A stretch of DNA of 64,000 nt, taken from contig NW_025766925.1 in the NCBI RefSeq assembly GCF_003918875.1, forward strand, positions 434,001-498,000, read 5' to 3'. Positions 54,129 to 64,000 of this stretch are shown in pieces (position 1 is the stretch's first letter; each line of letters starts with the position of its first letter). Both the position numbers and the translations under genes were made by a program. This DNA comes from Haliotis rubra. Taxonomy: Eukaryota. A model generated the notes under the pieces. The model did no database searches. It worked only from the letters and a program-made list of their open reading frames with translations, and had not been told where the DNA came from.

Positions 54129-54380
54129 GCTTGATTCAGTGGATTTCACCTCTTACAGTGTTCGACTTTCTTGAACGCAGTATGTATGGAACTGATCTGG
54201 GAAATAAACACATGGATCAAATACAAAAGAAGCATAAAGAAACCTAATTGTTGAAATCTACAAAATTAATGTTTTCATTTTGAATATCAATCGGATTCGA
54301 TGTTGCAGCATAGATACTACTGCACGGGTGCCCTTGTTCTCAAACATACATGTGCGACAACAGTCAGAAAATAGAGAATG

Positions 54381-54622
54381 AGTGAGTGAGTTCAGTTTTA
54401 CGCCGCACTCGGCAATATTACAGCTACATGGCAGCGGTCCTGTAAGTAATCGAGTCTGGACCAGACAATCCAGTGATCAACAACATGAGCATCGATCTAC
54501 GTAATTTGGAAACAATAACATGCGTCAACAAAGTCAGCGAGCCTGACCACCCATTCCCGTTAGTCGCCTCTTACGACAAGCATGGGTTACTGAAGATAAA
54601 TTCTAACCCGGATCTTCACGGG
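54381..54622 (-). mobile_element. SINE family 2, full length
   Basis: Reverse-complement family-2 sequence with (GAGT)n tail; possible short TSD AGAATG. Confidence 0.88.
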
Positions 54623-54742
54623 TAAGAATGTCATAAGAGCCTACAGCATACCCATACTTCAACTTATGAACTATGGATTAAACTAACACACCCAACACAC
54701 CTCCCTCTCTTACCATTTTAGTATCATAATGAGAATTATTTA

Positions 54743-55997
54743 ACTTGTTTGAGTGGCATTTTAGAAGTTGAGACGTACAATATATAACAAGTTTTATGGA
54801 TAACAACTTCTTTATAAGATCCAAAGCAGCTCCTCGCCCATCTCAACAGCCAACATCCCCGCATCAAATTCACCATTGAAACAGAGCAGAACAACCAACT
54901 ACCTTTCCTTGATGTCCTTGTGTCCCGCACCTCCTGCAACCAACTCCAGACCTCCGTGTACAGAAAACCAACTCATACGGATCAATACATCCACTACAAC
55001 TCCAACCACCCACCTAAAGTCAAGACCGGCGTCATCTCTACATTGACCAGAAGAGCCAGAAGAGCCAAAAACATCTGCTCAACAAACCTACAGGAAGAAA
55101 TTGAACACCTGAGGAAAGTCTTTGTGGAACGCAACCACTACCCACCTGAAATAGTCAACAGAACCATCGAAGCAACGCTTTCACCTCCTGCCAAAAGGTC
55201 TAAACCAGAATCAGCCCCCATCAAGATATCCATTCCCTACATTGGTAAACCATCACACCAAATCAGCCGACTCCTGAAACAACAGGCAGGAATAGACACT
55301 ACCTTCTCAGCGTCCTCCAGCCTCAACAACCTCCTCCATGCCAACGGAAGAAAACAACCCACCGTCAACAACAACAACCCGAAATGTGTTATTTACAAAA
55401 TAGACTGTGATTGTGGACAATGCTACATAGGTGAAACATCCCGACCCATCAACACCCGAGTCAAAGAACATCGCACCTCTGTTGCTAATTCCGACACCAA
55501 ATCAGCTATCTCTGACCACATCAAAGCCAACCCCAATCATCAAATAGAGTGGTCCGACATCACCATTCTCGCCAACAACCAAACGGACTTCACTAAACGC
55601 AAGCTCACAGAAGCCATTCACATCAAACGCCACAAGCCCACCATCAACCGTGACCAAGGATACTTCATTCCATCTGCTTATGATCCACTCCTCCACCAAG
55701 CCCAGTCTATTGTATAAACATCGCATCCATTGTATAAACATCTCATTGTAACTACATCTCTGGCTTCCACTCACTATCCTTTATGTACTTACTGGCTTCA
55801 TCAGCTTACTGCTTAGCCAATCATGGCAATTATGTTGTTTCCTTTGTCTATTATGTTGTTTCATTGTTATATACAGTATATATATGCAGCTCCTACACTT
55901 CATGTATCACTCTTGCTTGACAACGGTACAAGAATCTGTATCGAAACGTCGCACTCACGAAAATAAAGAAGTTGTTATCCATAAAACTTGTTATATA
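54743..55997 (+). mobile_element. 5'-truncated Penelope-like retroelement (RT C-terminus + GIY-YIG endonuclease)
   Basis: Open frame 54818-55717: LNSQHPRIKFTIE..LPFLDV, VYRKPTHTDQY, VIYKIDCDCGQCYIGETSR..RVKEH. 12-bp TSD GAGAATTATTTA (54731-54742, 55998-56009). 35-bp perfect inverted repeat 54781-54815 / 55963-55997. Confidence 0.95.
55914..55953 (+). ncRNA. Minimal type I hammerhead ribozyme-like motif (U3-A8 variant core) in the Penelope 3' repeat
   Basis: TGC-TTGACAA-C-GGTACA-AGAATC-TGTATC-GAAA-CG-TC-GCA: stem I TGC/GCA, stem II GGTACA/TGTATC, GAAA and a GUC cleavage triplet. Confidence 0.7.
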
Positions 55998-56486
55998 GAG
56001 AATTATTTACTAAATGATCTCTATCTATATCACTCAGAACTGCTTCACACCTAAGACATCTCAGAACAGAGCAATTAAATTCTATTTGCCTCTTAAGTCA
56101 GCTGATATAGACCTAATTTGTTTCATTATTTATGACAAGGTAAGGTCTGGCCTCTACCTTCCATAAACATGCCGTAAACCAGAGTACCACGCCAGGAGAC
56201 AGAAAACACATTGTCTGCTTGTAGCCAAGAACATTTGGTGGATCTTTATGTCTTAGGAGCTATGTTACACTAAGCCCGGATACAGGGCTATGTTTGTGAG
56301 CTACTCCACAAAGTGTTACGGTGGCAGGGGTACACTTATTTATGATAGTCGTAACGTAGTGCATTAAGTCCTTGTAATGTGAGATACCACGTCCCGCCTC
56401 TTATGTGACTTACAGGAATTCGCATTGATGGCCTTGTGGTTAGATGCCATGTGTAACAATCGTGGGTACGTCGTATATACCACAGC

Positions 56487-57497
56487 CAGATTCTACCACT
56501 GCTGGCGTGTACTGGAATCTATACGGTTCTCAAGTAGTCGTATATACTAACATCAGATTCTACCACTGTAACCATGAACTGGAATCTATACGATTCTCAA
56601 GTAGTCGTATATACTAACATCAGATTCTACCACTGTAAGCATGTACTGGAATCTATACGATTCTCAAGTAGTCGTATATACTAACATCAGATTCTACCAC
56701 TGTAACCATGAACTGGAATCTATACGATTCTCAAGTAGTCGTATATACTAACATCAGATTCTACCACTGTAAGCATGAACTGGAATCTATACGATTCTCA
56801 AGTAGTCGTATATACTAACATCAGATTCTACCACTGTAAGCATGTACTGGAATCTATACGATTCTCAAGTAGTCGTATATACTAACATCAGATTCTACCA
56901 CTGTAAGCATGTACTGGAATCTATACGATTCTCAAGTAGTCGTATATACTAACATCAGATTCTACCACTGTAAGCATGTACTGGAATCTATACGATTCTC
57001 AAGTAGTCGTATATACTAACATCAGATTCTACCACTGTAAGCATGTGCTGGAATCTATACGATTCTCAAGTAGTCGTATATACTAACATCAGATTCTACC
57101 ACTGTAACCATGAACTGGAATCAATACGATTCTCAAGTAGTCGTATATACTAACATCAGATTCTACCACTGTAAGCATGTGCTGGAATCTATACGATTCT
57201 CAAGTAGTCGTATATACTAACATCAGATTCTACCACTGTAAGCATGAACTGGAATCTATACGATTCTCAAGTAGTCGTATATACTAACATCAGATTCTAC
57301 CACTGTAAGCATGAACTGGAATCTATACGATTCTCAAGTACATCGATTCTATATACTAACATCAGATTCTTCTACCACTGTAACCACTGTAAGCATGTAC
57401 TGGAATCTATACGATTCTCAAGTAGTCGTATATACTAACATCAGATCTCTACCACTGTAAGCATGTTACTGGAATCAATACGATTCTCAAGTAGTCG
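56487..57497. repeat. 67-bp minisatellite, about 15 copies
   Basis: Unit AGATTCTACCACTGTAAGCATGTACTGGAATCTATACGATTCTCAAGTAGTCGTATATACTAACATC. Confidence 0.97.
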
Positions 57498-57819
57498 TGT
57501 AGCTGTGTTGTGCTGGTACCTAGATGCACTGCAGTGTTTGTTTGCTAGTTCTGTTGTTCATTTATGTACAGCTTCTGCAAGTTCACACATACGAATGACA
57601 TATCCTGTAGTTGGATACGTTTTCAATTACACGAGCTTTTATAACACATTATTTGAGAGAAACCTATGTCATGATAGGTTTGCTTGTTTAAAAACGAAAA
57701 TGAAATAATGTGTAAATCCAATGTTTGTTAGAAAGGTTGATTACTAAACAAGAAAAATATGAATATATATGGTGTTGCAGCTGTTGCTGAAAAAACCATG
57801 AAGCTTCCATATAAAATCC

Positions 57820-57935
57820 CAGACTGTGCGCTTCTGATTAGGAGTCAAAAGCCTTGGAACCCAGAGTGATGAAGCCTTCAGTTCCCTTACTGTATTGGCT
57901 GTGTGATGTCTAGTGAGACGTCGACCAACCGTAAT
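57820..57935 (-). mobile_element. Mariner transposase remnant
   Basis: KASSLWVPRLLTPNQKR matches the mariner WVPHEL linker motif. Confidence 0.65.
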
Positions 57936-58415
57936 CATATATATTAAAGATATGGCCCGAAATATATATGTTTTTAGAAACTTAAAAGTCTTTTTTCAAA
58001 AGTCTCAAGCATATTTATTTTTTCCAGACACTTTCGTCTTTCTTAAATGCTTTAATATAGAAAGTGACCGTTACTATATAAGAAGTGCATGTTACTATAT
58101 CGGAAGTGCATGTTACTATATAGGAAGTGCATGTTACTATATAGGAAGTGCATGTTACTATATAGGATGTGACTGTTACTATATAGGAAGTGCATGTTAC
58201 TATATGGGAAGTGACTGTTACTATATAGGAAGTAACCGTTACTGTATAGGAAGTGCATGTTACTATATAGGAAGTGCATGTTACTATATGGGAAGTGACT
58301 GTTACTATATAGGAAGTGCATGTTACTATATAGGTAGTGACTGTTACTATAGGAAGTGCATGTTACTATATAGGTAGTGACTGTTACTATATAGGAAGTG
58401 CCTGTTACTATATGG

Positions 58416-58470
58416 AGTGAGTGAGTGGGTTTAGTTTTACGCACTCAGCAATATTCCAGCTATATGGCGG
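58416..58470 (-). mobile_element. Severely 5'-truncated SINE family 2 tail
   Basis: agtgagtgagtgggtttagttttacgcactcagcaatattccagctatatggcgg flanked by CTGTTACTATATGG on both sides. Confidence 0.85.
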
Positions 58471-59462
58471 CTGTTACTATATGGGAAGTGCATGTTACTA
58501 TGTGGGAAGTTCATGTTATTATATAAGAAGAACATTTTACTATATAGGAAGTGCATGCTACTATATAAGAAGTGCATGTTACAATATTGGAAGTGCATGC
58601 TACTATATGGGAAGAACATGTTACTATATGGGAAGTGCATGCTACTATATAAGAAGTGCATGTTACTATGTGGGAAGTTCATGTTATTATATAAGAAGAA
58701 CATTTTACTATATAGGAAGTGCATGCTACTATATAAGAAGTGTATGTTACTATATGGGAAGTTCATGCTACAATATGGGAAGAACATGTTACTGTATGGG
58801 AAGTGCATGCTGCTATATAAGAAGTGCATGTTACTATATGGGAAGAACATGTAACTATGTGGGAAGTGCATGCTACTATATAAGAAGTGCATGTTACTAT
58901 ATGGGAAGAACATGTTACTATATGGGAAGTGCATGCTACTATATAAGAAGTGTATGTTACTATTTGGGAAGTGTATGTTACTATTTGGGAAGTGCATGTT
59001 ACTCCATGGTAAGTGCATGTTACTATATAAGAAGTGCATGTTACTGTATGGGAAGTGGATTTTACTATATAAGAAGTGACTGTTACTATATGGGAAGTGC
59101 ATGTTACTATATAAGAAGTACATGTTACTATATAAGAAGTGCATGTTACTATGTGGGAAGTGGATTCTAATATATAAGAAGTGACTGTTACTATATGGGA
59201 AGTGCATGTTACTCTATGGTAAGTGGATTGTACTATATAAGAAGTGCATGTTACTATATGGGAAGTGGATTTTAATATATAAGAAGTGACTGTTACTATA
59301 TGGGAAGTGCATGTTACTATTTGGGAAGTGCATGTTTCTCTATGGTAAGAGCATGTTACTATATGGGAAGTGGATTTTAATATATAAGAAGTGACTGTTA
59401 CTATATGGGAAGTGCATGTTACTATATGGGAAGTGCATGATACTATATGGGACGTTGATTTT

Positions 59463-60324
59463 ATCATCTAACGGAGGGCGTTATCGGTGCAATAAAGCAA
59501 TCTGATAAATTTGGTATCCAAATCTGATAACTATGCAAATTAGGTGAATCCACGAACTACTTTCACAAAACTCAAAACACGCCATGCGAATCCTAAAACG
59601 TTTAATATTTCATTGATGACGTCGTCGAGAGTTTACATTATTTGTAAACAAACATGGCTGCCCCCATTCTCAAAATTGGTGATTCTGTAAGAATTGATTA
59701 CCGAGGTTCTGGAGTCGTTACTGCAGTAATTGACTTTGGAAAACATGAAACGGAGTACTTCGTTCAAATTGAAGGTACGGATTATGAGATACGACTGAAA
59801 GGCAGTCGTCTAAGAAAGGTACCAACCAAGGATTTCGATCTATCGATCACAATACTGACGACGAATCCGTTCTGAAGGTATCAGAAACTGATATTGATGA
59901 GGTGATTACCCGCAGTGAAAATAGAAACACTGCCAGGAAAACCCTGCTCGATTTTGTTGTTCTTTTTAGACAGAAAGAACTTATTTTAAGCATGAGTTAT
60001 GTTTGCACTGTATTAGCGACTAGTCACAACTATATGCCGCCCTCATGAACGACCTTCACCTTGGTGTACCGCTGAGTATTCTTACGCGACTGCTCGATTC
60101 TATTCATATAAATTTACGTACGATTTGCTTCTATTTTTAGAGTAATTTTAAGAATGACATTATATGATAAAGAGATTATTAACCTCGTCTGTTTCCGTAT
60201 AATTAATATCATATATTAGGAATAAAAATTATGTATTATGCTCGCCAAAGGCTCGCACAATACAATTTTTATTCCTAATATATGATATTAATGATACGGA
60301 AACACACTCGGTTAATAATCTCTA
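59463..60324 (+). mobile_element. Internally deleted transposon, probably Crypton-like, with a long terminal palindrome
   Basis: Unique sequence splitting the 21-bp array. ORF 59654-59875, then a shifted frame VSETDIDEVITRSENRNTARKT that resembles the N-terminus of Crypton/DUF3504 tyrosine-recombinase proteins. ~150-bp inverted repeat at 60171-60323. Confidence 0.55.
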
Positions 60325-63300
60325 TTTACTATATAATAAGTGCATGTTACTATATGGGAGGTGCATGTTACTATATGGGAAGAGCATGTTACTATATGAC
60401 ATGTTGCTATGATGTAGGAAACACATCTGTTGTAGAATAAGGACAGGTGGCTATATAGGTCATGGCTCTGTGTAGCAAACATCATGCTTCTACTTCATGG
60501 GACGGACATGTTATATGGGGAATGGCAAGAGTTATGGTATATATATATTCCATGTTAGCGTACACGAAGACAGGTATCTGTATAGAAATTACAGGTCCTT
60601 GGTTCAGGCATGGACAGAGCTGTATATTAACTGTGCCTGCCTTTTACAAATGCCGTAATCGTTACCCCGAGACGGAATTGTAGGTGTTGGCTGCAATACT
60701 GGGTTGGTTTGTTGGAACTTTGGCTTCATTTCCTTCTTTGGAGTTTTCTTGTGAACTGTGTGCGAGTTTGAATATGACCTATGTGCTCTAACGTAAATGT
60801 TTCCAGTATGAACGTTAGTTTTGAGAGGCCATGATTTGCACAAGAATTGTTTTCTACTACCTTATTATACAATTCCGGATTCAACAGCTGTTATATTTTC
60901 TTTTAGGAACACGATTCTTAAGGAAGTATTACAGAACTTGGACTCGTTGGCTGTTGGTGTAAATTGCACTGCTTGTAGCTTCACATTTCTACCAGCATGT
61001 CGTATTATGTATTGTTTACATTGACAACTTTCGTCACCCACCCAACTTTACAACTGACTCTTAATCTGAAGATATTTCCATTCCGTTTCTTGTGCTGCAC
61101 TCCAGTCTTACACAAAGAGATAGATCCCACTGGGGTCAACAAACATACCACTTAATCTTATAAATTAGACCATACGTCGAATCACTGAACTCAGAGGACT
61201 TGTTTTGAGACAACCAGTTTCATTCCTGGATCAATATGGCATTTGTCACAAAATGTAATGATAGCTACATATTGTTGTTTCATCTCTGACTATCTTCAAA
61301 AGTTAAAGACAATTTTTTTAATTTGGAACCATTTGTCATCAACTGTTTAAGACAAATGGAGAAAGCTGGACCTTCAATGATCTGAGGTGAAATATTGGGA
61401 TTGGACGAAAAGCAAGGAGTAGTAAATGTGTATCAAGTGCGCTCCGTGCCTTTCTGACCTGTTTCTTTATGTATATGAATAAGAATTTCTACCTGAATTT
61501 CCATAACATTTGTCGCTGTTAGTTATCATAGGTTAGTGAGTGAGTGAATATTGCTTAACGCTGCATCAGCAATGTTATCACAGGTGAGGACCGTTTCAAA
61601 TTATCATTCTTAGGTGGCACATTTAAAAAGAAATAAAATTTAGTCTGTCTGAATTTCCAAAACTGTTCTTTGTTCTTCCCATATAAACATTAACTGTTCT
61701 CCACAGAAAGATAATGGTGGTCGGAAATATAGCACTATATGCGAATATATAGTTACTTTCTGTCTGAACAAATAATGGCCATAAATTAAAGATTGTAATT
61801 ACATAAAACTGTAATTCAATGACACGTTTGAATGAAGATGTTAGATAAATCCTCACATTGTTAAGTAATGTCATGACAGTCGCACTACATACAACCTGTT
61901 CTGAAGACTTCTAAATCTTATAAAAGCATGTTTTGTGTGTGTCCACACCTGCACCAAATATGTGTAATGACAGATAAATGTATCTTATGAAATGAAGTTA
62001 TCTTGAAATGGAATGTATTCCGTCAAAATGTATTTCGTGTGTCAAGGTCACGGGTTAAATCATAGAAATACAAATGTTATATAACATGTATATCAAAATA
62101 TATAAAACATATTCTAGAAATACGTTTCGATGTATCACTGAAATCATAATCATGTTAGTGTGAATATCAGGTGTCTTCCAGTTAGCAAAGTTCGTAAGAA
62201 GGCCACTGTCCAATACAGAGAAACGTGTGTACATACATAGCATATGGATTCATCCACAACTGCCATCATATTGTTCCAGTATGTACGTGTCTAATTACAT
62301 AACTCTGGCATACAAATTCACATACAGGTCTCCATAACATATGTTATATTATCCTATTACACATTCTCGCAATGTAACAATACACATAAGACAGATACAG
62401 GTGTCTTGTGTTCTTATAGGAATTACATATTAATGTAAAATGATATTCAAATTCTGTCCCTAATGATAATATTCCTGTAAATAAATAAATAAATAGATAA
62501 ATTTCACAACTAACCTTGTGCGCAATTATTTCAAGCCGGCAATATGTTGGTATGTGTGTGTTTGCTTGGCACTCCTCAGCACGATTGTCGGGACCGAGAA
62601 CCACATTGGCTGTCACAAGTATTAAGAAACCTAGTATCTAAATGCACTAGTTCTCCGAGCTGAGATCATTTTAATGACATTTTGCCAGGTGAGAGGGTTT
62701 CCGGGCAATTCCCTGCTGGAGTCGAGAGTACTAAAGGTAGTGTTGATGATCAGCCTGTATGTGGAGGGTCTGTTGACACAGTTGACGGAGATAAGTGACT
62801 TGTTGAGTCGCAATCACTAGATATATGTTCCTTCCATTTCGTGTGTTCAAACACGGCAGATTAGAACAAAGCTGAATCATCACCGGAATATAAAAGTGCA
62901 ACAGCTTCTTTCCTTGATGTAGTTTACCAAGAGATTACCGAATACGTTATGGAGGCACTTGGGGGTAGAATTGGGTATTTGAAGTACTGAGGTAATATTT
63001 TACCACTTGTGCCATGTTTAAGGTTCACTGACAGTAAGCGACTAAGGGAATGCTAATCAAATATAGTTTGCTGACTGATCTGGGTGGTAGTGGTGCTGAT
63101 CTAACTGACTTGTCATTCTTTTTATGTCAGCAGTGTTGAGGTAATTGTGTCACCAAAGTAGTAAATGTGTCAGACCTGCATCACTTGACACGCCTTGAAG
63201 TGCTCACAGCGGCCATGACCCCACCTCTCACTCACTAACTCTTTGGCCTTTCGGTTTGACATGGTTATGCACTTTCTGCTTCTTTTGCTGCATTTGCGCT

Positions 63301-64000
63301 TTGATACCACAAGATTTTCTTTCCCTGGGATCACATCAAATGTATTCCCAGAGATCTCTGCATCAAACAAAAGAGTGTGCCTGAAACATTTGTCTTTATT
63401 TATATACTATCCTATAACATACGTTTTGAAAACATGACACTTTTTATCATTATTGCAACAAAATATTCCGATGACGTTGTCCATGGAAGTGACTATTCAA
63501 TATACTACAATATGACACCATGGTACTTGTTTCATTTTTGTCACAAAGATATCACGTTGGCTCCATCAGAAACGGCTACTGAATTGTGCAACTTGATATG
63601 CCAGTGATATGAATCAAGCGAAGACACAACCACGACGTGGATGCGTTTACTTAGATCAGGGAGTAAACAGAAGTATCCTCTTCACTGTCTGCTGGGATGA
63701 GGACTGTCTGCTTGAATAACAACTGTCTGTTGGGATCAAAGACTCTTTACACAGTTGATGACAGATCCTGGTATTAAGGGATTGACTCCGGTGAAGAGGC
63801 GTAATGATGCATTGAATGAAGTTCTGCCCTGTCACAAGATGAGTCATGAGTCATGTTCTTTACCGAGTTAGATATATTCAGCCTAAAGTGTGCCATCTGT
63901 CCAGTATCTAAGCAGTGTAAAACCTTATAAGAGTTACTATGACTTCGTTCTGGAACGAGGACACACGCTGTATGCACGTGACGTGAGAACACTTCTACGT

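Larger units (their letters stand above)
58055..60400. repeat. 21-bp minisatellite, interrupted at 58416-58470 and about 59463-60324
   Basis: Unit GTTACTATATAGGAAGTGCAT; the array resumes at about 60325. Confidence 0.95.

Noticed and set aside
57913-59467. Tyr/Cys/Gly-rich (YYIGSAC)n ORFs resembling shell-matrix or keratin-associated proteins
   Set aside because: 21-bp minisatellite open in several frames on both strands, interrupted by a SINE tail and a transposon, with no signal peptide.
62630-63992. Several short minus-strand ORFs with coding-like composition
   Set aside because: No recognisable motif or consistent spliced frame; possibly a decayed element or a 5' part of the peptide gene, but not supportable.

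Overview
AT-rich, intron-containing, repeat-dense animal DNA, most likely a gastropod mollusc (abalone-like). That assignment is an inference from the gene content and SINE types. Three protein-coding genes can be supported. (1) The last, homeobox-containing exon of an engrailed gene (559-896, +; missing from the ORF track). (2) A complete two-exon second engrailed paralogue about 35 kb downstream in the same orientation (36363-36615 + 50826-51130; 14.2-kb phase-1 intron). (3) A spliced minus-strand gene that the ORF track splits and misframes (54128-53954 + 53150-52993). It encodes a 110-aa secreted protein with a signal peptide, two CxxxC...CxC modules and a C-terminal -PGLP-GRK amidation signal, and lies tail-to-tail with the second engrailed. 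All three coding sequences end at a near-identical GGA(A/C)G(T)TGACGTCA (CRE-containing) motif. The rest is mobile and repetitive DNA: several SINE families, TA- and TTA-type MITEs, a dead Tc1 element, a mariner remnant, LINE 3' ends, a truncated Penelope-like element with an inverted end and a variant hammerhead ribozyme, a Crypton-like remnant and many minisatellites (21-67 bp units). The minisatellites generate most of the long ORFs in the track. Candidate cis-regulatory clusters include 7 x CAGGTGA in 290 bp and a DR4 array. There are two N gaps.
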